Source: Octopus sinensis
Lineage: Eukaryota
Assembly (NCBI RefSeq): GCF_006345805.1
Contig: NW_021825074.1
Coordinates: 1-16,474, forward strand
Direction of reading: 5' to 3'
Length of the DNA stretch: 16,474 bases
Positions 1 to 8,655 of this stretch are shown here, one piece after another (within the stretch, counting starts at the first letter, position 1; every line of letters begins with the position of its first letter). The notes under the pieces were generated by a model. The model did no database searches, was not told where the DNA came from, and saw only the letters and a program-made list of their open reading frames with translations. The position numbers and the translations under genes were made by a program.

Positions 1-235
1 CACTACCACCATCACCATCACCATCACCATCATCAGCAACAATATAACCAGTGTTACCACTATCGGCAGCAACAGCAGCAGCAGCACCACCATCATCACC
101 GTCATGAGCAACAATATAACCACCATCACCAACCATCAACACCACTACCACTAATACCAGGGGCACCACCATTATGAAGAAGCAATAAGTATCATTATCA
201 CCACCATCACAGTAACTACCACCAACAACCTGCGT
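1..235. repeat. Degenerate CAC/CAT/CAG trinucleotide low-complexity tract
   Basis: caccatcaccatcacc..., cagcagcagcag, caccatcatcacc; His/Gln-rich translation ends quickly in stops. Confidence 0.85.
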
Positions 236-1169
236 GCTGTTTTATACCGAAGCCAGTGATTATATGCTAATAGCCAGTGTGGTAATTTTCAGCTTTAGGT
301 CAGTGCGTGGTCAATTAGACGAATTCCAATTTGATGATCGCTACGTTGGTCTGAGAGCTTCCGTGCTGACCATTACATTGGTGGAGAAAAACGTTCGGTG
401 ATTCTCGGCAGCAGAATATCAATTGACCATCCATCAAATGAAGAAAATGCCAAACTGTGATGACCTTCTCCAATGGCCACCAACCACACACATTCGGTTC
501 CTAAAACTGACCGAAAACGGTTCTAAACTTCAGATTCTTCGACGAACATTCGATACTCTTCTTGTCAAATAATTCTTAATGGAAAAATTATCGATCTAAC
601 TTTTGCAAACTCTACTCTTGCCCCAACCCTGCCCAACCCTTGCTGACATCTAAAACATCATCTTGCCACAGTTAATAACACTAACAAAACAACCACCACA
701 AGTACTAGTCCCAGAACCACCACAACCATTGCCGCCGCCACCGCCGCCATTACAACTGCCATTATTTCCATTATTGCCACTAACTATTATCACCCGCTGT
801 ACCGTTGGGTGTGAAGGATGTGATGGGGTTGATGGGTGTGAAAGAATTTATTCCGACCAAGAACTGATTCTGCCAAAAATCAATACGTTTGTTGACGAAG
901 ATGTCTGGCTCTAAATGGCTGGCACACTCTAAATGGAATTCAGATTTACCTTTCGTCTGCCCGGCGGATAAGATAAGATAAAAATAAGACAGGAATTAAG
1001 ATACATGAAGATGTTTTGTTTTTTTTTTTTCTTTTCCGATTAGAAGTGATCCCATATAAGGGATCACTTTCAAATTTACACCTCAAAGACTGGTTGTTCT
1101 TTTGAGATACAGACAAAAATTCTATCTTCGTTTGTTGCTAACTGTCCGCAAGGCTCAAACACAACATGA

Positions 1170-1640
1170 AATGAACTGACAGCATCACTAGTGCATCATA
1201 CGAAGTACCTTGCAGTATTTGTTCCGGTTCCTCACGTTCTGAGTTCAAATCCCACCGAGGTTATCTGTACATTTCATCCTTCCAGGATGGTAAAGTTACA
1301 GTTACCTTCTCGAATCATATCAACCATAAGGTCTGGCTTCCTGGTTTCATGGTGTATATATTCCCCACCTGGTTGAACTGCTCGTTTTTGCCAGCTGAGT
1401 GAACTGGAGGAACGTGAAATGAAGTGTTTTGCGCAAGAGCACAACACATCACTCGGTCCAGGAATCGAAACCACAATCTTACGATCATGAGTCCAACACA
1501 CTAACCACTAAATCACGCCCCTCTACTCCTTTCGGGATGGAGAACATAAGGTCCCAGTCAAGTACTAAGAGCCGATGGATAAAGATTGGCATCCTTCCCT
1601 CAAAATTGTTATCCTTATGCTTAACTTAGTAGAAATTATT
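1170..1640 (+). mobile_element. Old SINE family A copy (tRNA-like head + Deu/Nin-like body), split by a family B insertion (parts ~1170-1293 and ~1524-1640)
   Basis: B-box region cacgttctgagttcaaatcccaccgagg and tttcatcc match the young copy at 16142-16356. The tail ccagtcaagtact...ccctcaaaatt resumes after 1523. Confidence 0.7.
1294..1523 (-). mobile_element. tRNA-derived CORE-like SINE (family B, tail type 2)
   Basis: Reverse complement reads ggcgtgatttagtggttag (A box), gtttcgattcc (B box), ttgtgctcttgcgcaaaacacttcatttcacgttcctccagttcactcagctgg (core shared with 4399 and 15824 copies), and ends in gtaactgtaact. Confidence 0.85.
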
Positions 1641-1643
1641 AAA

Positions 1644-1741
1644 GGCGTCGAGCTGACAGAATCGATAAAGTGTTGGACAAAATACCTGGCGATATTTTGT
1701 CTCGGTTCTTTACCTTCGGAGTTCAAATACTGCCGCGGTAA
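1644..1741 (+). mobile_element. SINE family A, 5' head only
   Basis: ggcgtcgagctgacagaatcg...ggagttcaaatactgccgcggt matches the head at 16142-16235. Confidence 0.8.
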
Positions 1742-1742
1742 C

Positions 1743-1866
1743 GATCCCGAAAGGATTAAAGGTAAAGCTAACCTTGGTAAGATTTCATCTCAGGACGTAA
1801 AGAGCTGGAGCAAATAACTGCAAAGCATTTTTCTTTTTCTGATGCTCCATCCGGCCAGCTCGCCGC
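1743..1866 (-). mobile_element. SINE family A, 5' part, abutting and inverted relative to 1644-1741
   Basis: gatcccgaaaggattaaaggtaaagctaaccttgg...ccagctcgccgc is the reverse complement of the family A 5' part. Confidence 0.8.
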
Positions 1867-1944
1867 TTTATACCTCTCTGATTCTAACAGTTCTCGACTG
1901 AGGCTCAAAACCAGTTGTTTTAGAGGTGAATGGATTACTCGACA

Positions 1945-2088
1945 CCACCAATCCCAGTAAGTAACTGATACTTTATTTGATCGAACTAGAGATGATGAAA
2001 GGTAAAGTTGACCTCGGTGGGATTTGAACTCAGAACGTAAAAAAGCCGGAACAAATATTTCAAAGCTCTAACGATTTTGTCACCTCGC
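1945..2088 (-). mobile_element. SINE family A copy (diverged)
   Basis: gatgaaaggtaaagttgacctcggtgggatttgaactcagaacgtaa ... ctaacgattttgtcacctcgc. Confidence 0.85.
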
Positions 2089-2109
2089 TATCCTTGTATC
2101 TGACTTTGA

Positions 2110-2316
2110 AACAAGGACAGCAATTTTAAAGGGGAAAAGTTAGCCGATTTCTTCAACCCCAGTATTTGTAAACATTCTGTTTTATCGAACTCGAAGATGA
2201 TGAAGGCCAAGTTGACCGTGGCAGGATTTGAACTCAGATTTGAACGTAAACAACAACAAGAAATGCTACAAAGCAATTATTATTTTTCGATGCGCTAACG
2301 ATTCTGCTAATTCACC
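2110..2316 (-). mobile_element. SINE family A copy (diverged)
   Basis: aaccccagta...gatgaaggccaagttgaccgtggcaggatttgaactcag...gctaacgattctgctaattcacc. Confidence 0.85.
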
Positions 2317-2334
2317 ATACTTCTCTATGATAAT

Positions 2335-2514
2335 AATTTTTCTAATATAGGCACAAGACCAGAAATTTTGCGGGAAGGCGATAGGTGATTTCATCGACCC
2401 CAGTACTCAACAGAATAAAATTAACCTTGGCTGAATTTGAACTCAGAATGTAAAGTGCCGGAAGAAATACCGCTAAGCGTTTTGACAGACATTGCCACGA
2501 TTCTGCTTGCTCTC
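2335..2514 (-). mobile_element. SINE family A copy with an internal deletion of ~30 bp
   Basis: ggcacaagaccagaaattt...atcgaccccagtactcaac joins directly to aaattaaccttggctgaatttgaactcag; the neighbouring copy (2530-2718) keeps the missing segment. Confidence 0.8.
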
Positions 2515-2529
2515 TATGTTAATAATCCT

Positions 2530-2718
2530 TAAGGCTTGAAATTTTTACGTTGGAGATTAGTCGATTATGTCGATCGCAGTACTCAACTGGTAATAATTTC
2601 ATCGATCCCGATAGAATGAATGGCAAAATCGAGCTCGGTGGAATTTGAACTCAGAAAGTAAAGACAGATGCTTGGTGGAACTTTGTCCAGCGTACTAACG
2701 ATTCCGCCAACTCGCCGC
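2530..2718 (-). mobile_element. SINE family A copy
   Basis: cagtactcaactggta...atcgatcccg...gagctcggtggaatttgaactcag...ctaacgattccgccaactcgccgc. Confidence 0.9.
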
Positions 2719-2744
2719 TTTTTCTCTTTGTTAAAAACACTTGT

Positions 2745-2885
2745 CATTCTGCCGAGGTCGACCTTGCCTTTCATGCTTTTGGGGTCGATAAAATAAGTAT
2801 CAGTTGAGAACTGGGGTTGATGTAATCGACTTTCACCCTCACCCGAAATTGCTGGCCTTGTGCCAAAACTTGAAGCCAATAATAA
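2745..2885 (+). mobile_element. SINE family A, 5'-truncated copy
   Basis: gccgaggtcgaccttgcctttcatgcttttggggtcgataaaataagtatcagtt...ctggggttgatgtaatcgac...ggccttgtgcc. Confidence 0.9.
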
Positions 2886-3110
2886 CAAGTTCTTTGTATT
2901 GGCACAAAGAAAGAAATTTTGAGGGAAGTACAGTTGGTTTTAAACGGTCGTAATTACTGGTATCTTTTATTGGTTTAGGAAAGCAATTAAAAAAATAATA
3001 TTAATTTCTTACATAAACACACAAAAAATCGATTATATTCAACCTCAATTCTTGATGGGATCTTTACTGTAGAAAACGCAGGAAGAAAAACATTACGAGA
3101 AGTAGCTAAA

Positions 3111-3160
3111 CAGGCGCAGGCACTGCTGTGTGGTTAAGGAGTTTCGCTTTGGAACCGCAC
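3111..3160 (+). mobile_element. SINE family C head fragment
   Basis: caggcgcaggcactgctgtgtggttaaggagtttcgctttggaaccgca resembles the heads at 5487 and 16417. Confidence 0.6.
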
Positions 3161-3256
3161 TCAGTTCAGATGCATCGGTGAATGGTCTAATGACCAAGCA
3201 AGCATACTTAACAAACAGCCCCGGGCAACGCCGGGTATGCCGGTTACGCCTGCTAG
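3161..3256 (+). mobile_element. Helitron-like 3' terminus (non-autonomous fragment; 5' boundary uncertain)
   Basis: GC-rich hairpin cccgg-gcaacg-ccggg (3220-3235) followed by CTAG (3253-3256) then T, which is the typical Helitron 3' signature. Confidence 0.55.
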
Positions 3257-3396
3257 TATATAAAAAGAGAGGAAGATGGTAGCTACTGTTTCCGTGCATT
3301 TTGAAAAATAGATGCTCTAATGATACATCTATAATTCACCTTGATACGAATAAAGGCTGACAGCTTTTATACGTTTCAAAGTGAATTATAGGTGTT

Positions 3397-3418
3397 TCAT
3401 ATACATACATACATACAC

Positions 3419-3471
<53 letters not shown>
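3397..3471. repeat. (TACA)n-(CA)n compound microsatellite
   Basis: Seen directly. Confidence 0.95.
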
Positions 3472-3476
<5 letters not shown>

Positions 3477-3829
3477 TAAAAATGGATGAAATACAATGTA
3501 GAGTTTTTTTCTTTTCGAGGTGGGATGGGTGGGACATACAAAGAAAAAAAGGTTCGATCAATAGGGATCTGTGGGTTGTGTGGAGTATAAAAATATAATA
3601 TATATATATATAAATGAAGTTCACAGTTTAGGTGTAGCCCAGGAAAGAAAAACCTACAAAAAGATCAAGGTCACCTCAGACAGTTCGAAAATGAACACAT
3701 GAGTAAGTCGCCTTACCTCTCGGTGTCTCTTTTGGTCACAGATTTACGCTTAAAATAGCGTCGTCTTTCATACTGACCATTTTTGCCACTTTTACCCACT
3801 TTTTTAAAAATTCGTCAGATATAGTATAG

Positions 3830-3847
3830 ATGTAGATAGATAGCTAT

Positions 3848-3887
<40 letters not shown>
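3830..3887. repeat. (GATA)n microsatellite
   Basis: Seen directly. Confidence 0.95.
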
Positions 3888-3924
3888 CCAAAGAGTGAGA
3901 TATGGGAATCTGTAAGAATGTGGG

Positions 3925-4108
3925 TGTGTGGTGGTGCTCGTGTATTTTTGTGTCGCTCCCCATCGCTTGACAACCGTACTGGTCTTTTTTTTATTTTTAC
4001 ATCCCAGTGACTTAACAAAAATAATATATTTGAAATCGACTTGTTCGATTAAACTCTTCAAAGTAGTGCCCCAGCGTGGCCGCTATCCAATGCCGTAAAA
4101 ACAAGTAA
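3925..4108 (+). mobile_element. SINE family C, diverged 3' half
   Basis: catcgcttgacaaccg...ttacatcccagtgacttaac...gtgccccagcgtggccgc...aaacaagtaa. Confidence 0.75.
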
Positions 4109-4311
4109 CATAGGTGCAAGCGTAGCTGCATGATAGGAAACTTGCTTCCCAACCACATTTTTCTGGGTTCAGTGTCACTGCGTGGCATCCCGGGTAAGTG
4201 TCTTCTACTATAGCCTGGGGCCACGTCTATATATATGTATACATATATAAATAATGTATGTATGTATGTATGAATGTATGTATATATATTATATATATAT
4301 ATATTATATAT

Positions 4312-4354
<43 letters not shown>

Positions 4355-4398
4355 GTATGTATATGATGTGTGTGTGTGTGTGGTGTGTGTGTGTGTGT

Positions 4399-4763
4399 GA
4401 AGACGCATGGCTCAGTAGTTAGAGCATCGAGCTACGATCGTGAGGTTGTGAGTTCGATTCCTGGATCGGGTTGCATATTGTGCTCTTGAGCAAGACACTT
4501 TATTTCACGTTGCTCCTGTTCACTCAGCTCCAGGAATGAATTGTGACGTCACAGGCGCCAAGCTGTATCGGCCCCTTTGCCTTTCCCTTGGATAACACTG
4601 GTGGCGTGGAGAGTGGAGTTTGGTATGTATAGGCGACTGCTGGCCTTCCATAAAAAACAATCCTAGGTTATACGTTCAACAGTGAGGCGACTTTCCACCT
4701 AGACTTGTACCCCGGAGGGAACCTCTTAGGTGCACGCATGGTAATTCGTGACCAATGGAGTCT
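4399..4763 (+). mobile_element. tRNA-derived CORE-like SINE (family B, tail type 3)
   Basis: A box tggctcagtagttag, B box gagttcgattcc, core ttgtgctcttgagcaagacactttatttcacgttgctcctgttcactcagct, then a distinct 3' half. Confidence 0.9.
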
Positions 4764-4803
4764 AGCTCACACACACACATACATATATATGTATATATAT
4801 CGC

Positions 4804-5006
4804 CATGTTGATTCGCTAGCTTCTGCACGCATTTTTTTCTCTCCTTGTTTCTCTCCGTGTTTCTTTTCTGTGTATCTTTCTGTTGAAGAGCGTAGGCTCG
4901 AAACGTAAAAGACTTGTTTAATTTATATTCCTGAGCGCCATACTAATACAATTGTTTGTTTGTATTCCACCTGCCTTGTCTTTTGTTTATTTTCATAAAG
5001 CTTCCC
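4804..5006 (+). mobile_element. Unclassified ~200-bp interspersed element (family D) with a hammerhead-like motif; possibly Penelope-like/retrozyme-related
   Basis: Near-identical inverted copy at 15464-15669; contains ctgttgaagagcgtaggctcgaaacgt; flanked by TA-rich microsatellites. Confidence 0.8.
4875..4912 (+). ncRNA. Minimal type I hammerhead-like motif (variant core)
   Basis: TCTTT [helix I] CTGTTGA A GAGC-gtag-GCTC [helix II] GAA ACGT [palindromic helix III] A / AAAGA [helix I]; A6 of CUGANGA is replaced by U. Confidence 0.55.
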
Positions 5007-5020
5007 GTTATATATATATA

Positions 5021-5062
<42 letters not shown>

Positions 5063-5354
5063 TATATATATATGTATGTATTATGTATGTATGTATGTAT
5101 GTATGTATGTATGTATATCCATGTCTGTATGCCTTTGTGTCCATGTTTGTCCCCCATCACCAGCTGTGAACCGGTGTTAATGTGCTTACGTCCCCGTAAA
5201 TTAGCGGTTCGGCAAAAACGACCGATAGAATAAATACAAGTATTATAAAATAAGTTTTGGGAGCGATTTCTTTGACTAAAACCCTCCAAAGCGGTGCTAC
5301 AGCATGGCCGCAGTCAAATAACTAGGAAAGGTAAAAGATGCAAAGGATAAAAGA

Positions 5355-5484
5355 ATGTGTGAGTGTGTATGTGTGTGTGCATGTGTGTGTGTTTGTCCCA
5401 ATACCACCGCTTGACAACCTGTGTTGGGCTGCTTGCGTCCCCATAATCTAGCGGTCCGACAAAAGATCCCTATTAAAAAATAAA
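5355..5484 (+). mobile_element. SINE family C internal/3' fragment
   Basis: (TG)n-tttgtccc...cgcttgacaacc...gcgtccccataatctagcggtccgacaaaaga. Confidence 0.8.
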
Positions 5485-5486
5485 AT

Positions 5487-5656
5487 AGGTGTACGAGTGG
5501 CTGTGTGGTAAGTAGCTTGCTTACCAACCACTTGATTCCGGGGTCAGTCCCACTGCGTGGCACCTTGGGCAAGTGTCTTCTAATATAGCCTCTGGCCGAC
5601 CAAAGCCTTGTGAGTGGATCTGATAGACGGAAACTGAAAGAAGCCCATCGTATATA

Positions 5657-5712
<56 letters not shown>

Positions 5713-5917
5713 TGTGTTTGTCCCTCCAACATCGCTTGACAACCGATGCTGGTGAGTTTACATCCCCGTAACTTAGCGGTTCGGCAAAAGATAACCTATA
5801 GAATAAGTATTAGGCTTACAAAGAATAAGCCCTGGGGTCGATTTGCTCGACAAAAAGGCGGTGCTCCAGCATGACCACAGTCAAATGACTGAAACAAGTA
5901 AAAGAGTAAATGAGTAA
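5487..5917 (+). mobile_element. Full-length SINE family C (tRNA head, ccttgggcaag body, internal (TA)/(TG)n, LINE-like tail)
   Basis: A box tggctgtgtggtaag, B-box-like ggggtcagtccc, ccttgggcaagtgtctt, (TG)n 5661-5710, tail ggcggtgctccagcatgaccacagtcaaatgactgaaacaagtaaaagagtaaa. Confidence 0.92.
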
Positions 5918-5928
5918 GTACCAGAGTC

Positions 5929-6022
5929 GTCAAGTCATTCGACTAAAAATTCTTCTTCAAGCCTTGCCCCAGCATGGCTGCAGTCTAATGACTGAAACAA
6001 GCAGAAAATAAAAGATGAAAGA
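5929..6022 (+). mobile_element. SINE family C, 3' tail fragment
   Basis: cattcgactaaaaat...gccccagcatggctgcagtctaatgactgaaacaag...aaaagatgaaaga. Confidence 0.8.
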
Positions 6023-6289
6023 CATGGCAACACGTTTCGCCCAAAACTCTACCGATTCTATAAACTGTACCATCACTTGTGAGTATTATTAATGGATACT
6101 AGACTAATGTCTGGTCCAAAAGATACGAGTAGGAGTACATCTCTTGATATTGGTGTACGCTATTGACACGAAAATGAGGACGTTTCTGTCTGATGGTCGA
6201 GCTACCAAGTTTGGACTATTTGAGGAATTGTAGAAGAACGATGACGACGGTGGTGAATGGCGCTCGCGCGTAGATGGTGAGGGCGTCTG

Positions 6290-7266
6290 TGTTTGTGTGC
6301 GTGCATGTGTGTGTGTGTGTTGTGTGTGTGTGTGTGTATGTGTGTGTGTGTGTGTGTGAGGTTTGTTTGTGAAGATGGTAGAATGGCTGCTGGAAGCGGC
6401 AGCGTCGACGACGGCGGCGGTAGTAGACGTTAGTGGTCACGAAGTTAGTGGTGATGGTTGTGGTGGTGGTGGTGGTGGTGGTGGTGGTGTTTGTGATAGA
6501 GGTGGTACAGATGATGGTGATGGTGGTGGTGAGGAAGGATGTGGGGGAGGGTAAGAATACTGTTACTATAGTTACTTACGTTTTTTTTTTTTGCTTTTTG
6601 TTTACGTTGTTCAGTTGCAGGTCCTTTTTAAAAAATTCTTTTCGTTGGTGGTAGAGGTGATGGTTGAATGGTTGTTTGTTTATGCTACATTGTGCCAAAG
6701 TTTTACACGTAACGGCGGCGGCGGCAGTGGCGGTTGCGACGGTGGCGGTAGTGGCAGTTGCGGTGGTAGTGGTGGTGCTGCTGATGGTGGTGGTGGTGGT
6801 GAGGGCGGAAGTGGTAGTTATGTTCCTAGTATAGTCGTTTGTTGTTTGTTTTTTGTTGTTCATCTGCAGATTGCATTTGATTTTTGACTTGTTTTTGTTC
6901 GTTCCGATGATAGTAGTGACAACTGTTATAGATGTTGTTTTTCCTCTTCTTGGTGTTGTTGTTGCTGTTGTTGTTGTTTTTATTTTCGTGGCGGTGATGG
7001 GGGTTGGTGGTAGGGGGTTTGGTGGTGGTGGTGGTGATGGTGGTGGTAGTCGCGGCGTTGGCGAGAACAGCGATAAAGAAAAACAAGACTAATGCGTGTA
7101 TACAGTACACAAAATATGGTCTGCTACAAAAGCAAAGAGTAAATATCATCATCATGTTCATCGTCATCATCATCATCATCATTATCATCATCATCATCAC
7201 CGTCATCGCCACCAAAACCACGGCCGACACTACCATCATCATCATCATCATCATCGCCATCATCAT

Positions 7267-7301
<35 letters not shown>

Positions 7302-7330
7302 CAATAACAACTCGGAAGTTTTGTCTCCTG
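6290..7330. repeat. Long compound low-complexity region: (TG)n, GGT/GGC/GTT triplets, (CAT)n
   Basis: Seen directly; it produces the poly-V/G/T/H/M/I ORFs in all frames. Confidence 0.9.
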
Positions 7331-7382
7331 ACACTATCTCGTCTTCATAACATTTATACATCTCGCTGAGAATAAAAAAGGC

Positions 7383-7384
<2 letters not shown>

Positions 7385-7446
<62 letters not shown>

Positions 7447-7448
7447 AA
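7385..7448. repeat. (AAT)n/(GAT) microsatellite
   Basis: Seen directly. Confidence 0.95.
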
Positions 7449-8004
7449 GTCCCCTGATGCAATACCAGACAGTGGCTTTCATGGCTTCTGATCTTAACTG
7501 ATTGGAAGTGTTATCATGTACATTGTTTTGTCTTGGTATAAAAGATGGGCTACAGCAAATATTCTGCTCAAAACCACAGATTTGCTTGTCAGTTGTTTGA
7601 CCATAACCAGTTGAGCACGTCCCTTAGTGGCTGACGGTATGTGCATCTCTGATCACAAGCAGAAGTAGTGGGGGAGCATCATAGCCATGTGTTGAGAGGG
7701 ATTCTTTGGGGTTTGAATAATTCACCTCTGGAAACATGGATGTTTCCTTCAACATCCTTAAACAACCCTTATTCAGGGACGTTTTGAGCAGGATGGGTTA
7801 CTCGACAAAAATAAAATTCTAACTGGGCCCCACCTGCAAGGTCATACGCTGTTTATGTTGATATGAGATCACCATGTTGCGCACATATTGTTGTGATGCA
7901 TGTGCCTGGTGTACCCTTATCAGTCGGATAGTCACTATGAGTATACTGGGCTTCGTATATTTTACCCCAGTGTCATTTTGACGGCATGCATTGCTCTCTC
8001 ACTC
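7449..8004. mobile_element. Unclassified ~555-bp non-coding element (family E) inserted in (AAT)n
   Basis: Complex sequence with sharp edges and aataat repeats on both sides. I recognise it from memory as a common octopus repeat; no ORF and no TIR seen. Confidence 0.6.
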
Positions 8005-8021
8005 AATAATAATAGTAATAA

Positions 8022-8456
8022 TCTTTTCTACTATGGGCACAAGGCCTGAAATTTCGGGGAAGAGGTAAAGTCGTTTGCATCGATTCCAGGACATAACTGG
8101 TATTTATTTTACCGATCCCGAAAGGATGAAAGGGAAAGTCAACCTCGGCGCTATTTGAACTCAGGACGTAGCGACAGACGAAATGCCGCAACGCTTGAAG
8201 GTATGAAAGCGAAGTCGACCTTGGTGGAATTCGAACCCAGAGTGTACAGACGGACGAAATGCTGCTAAGCACAACAATACATACACACATATATACATAT
8301 AGATGCATGTATATATGTATAACACACATACACAAACAAACACACACACAGACACACAGATACACACAGACACGCAGACACACATACACACACGTACGCA
8401 CATATATGGGTGTGCGTTGAGAAGTTTGTATAAAGACGGACGAAATGCCGCAAAGC

Positions 8457-8458
<2 letters not shown>
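8022..8458 (-). mobile_element. SINE family A copy (8022-8194) plus two partial reiterations (8195-8272, ~8425-8458) around a (CA)n tract
   Basis: ggcacaaggcctgaaatt...gatcccgaaaggatgaaagggaaagtcaacctcggcg...gaactcag; the motif gac(a/g)gacgaaatgc(c/t)gc occurs three times. Confidence 0.8.
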
Positions 8459-8511
<53 letters not shown>

Positions 8512-8655
8512 CAATAATAATTATGATAATAATGGTGAAGAAGAAGAAGAAGAAGAAGAAGAAGAAGAAGAAGAAGAAGAAGAAGAAGAAGAAGAAGAAG
8601 AAGAAGAAGAAGAAGAAGAAGAGAAGAAGAAGAAGAAGAAGAAGAAGAAGAAGAA
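8458..8655. repeat. (AAT)n followed by ~40 units of (GAA)n (8537-8655)
   Basis: Seen directly; one interruption near 8621. Confidence 0.97.

Larger units (their letters stand above)
4111..5354 (+). mobile_element. SINE family C copy (head 4111-4223, tail ~5120-5354) whose internal microsatellite carries nested insertions
   Basis: Head cttgcttcccaaccac...gggttcagtgtcactgcgtggca...gtgtcttctactatagcc and tail tttgtccccc...tacgtccccgtaaattagcggttcggcaaaa...gcggtgctacagcatggccgcagtcaaat; compare the intact copy at 5487-5917. That head and tail belong to one copy is inferred. Confidence 0.65.

Noticed and set aside
663-914. Pro-rich ORF with a Cys-containing tail
   Set aside because: TTG start, mostly degenerate triplet repeat, no recognisable homology.
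1945-2718. CRISPR-like array of recurring gatttgaactcag motifs at ~200-bp spacing
   Set aside because: The motif is the SINE B box in adjacent SINE copies; eukaryotic context, no cas genes.
3620-3810. Back-to-back splice-donor-like motifs (a|gtaagt on +, ag|gtaagg on -) suggesting small exons
   Set aside because: Acceptors are weak on both strands and the peptides are short and unrecognisable; needs RNA-seq.
4399-4470. tRNA genes at SINE heads (also 5487, 15824, 16142)
   Set aside because: They have A/B boxes but no complete cloverleaf and continue into SINE bodies.
6028-6045. Minus-strand gcgaaacgtg as another hammerhead half
   Set aside because: No CUGANGA upstream, no helices, and G at the cleavage position.
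6022-6085. gacATGG...MATRFAQNSTDSINCTIT followed by t|gtgagt as a possible first exon
   Set aside because: Only 18 codons, directly behind a SINE tail, with no promoter or homology evidence.
6216-7369. Many overlapping poly-Val/Gly/Thr/His/Met/Ile ORFs
   Set aside because: They are translations of trinucleotide microsatellites, open in several frames on both strands, with no domain or splice support.
7449-7520. HDV-like ribozyme at the end of element E
   Set aside because: I could not build the P1/P2/P3 nested pseudoknot or find a UCCUCG-like L3.
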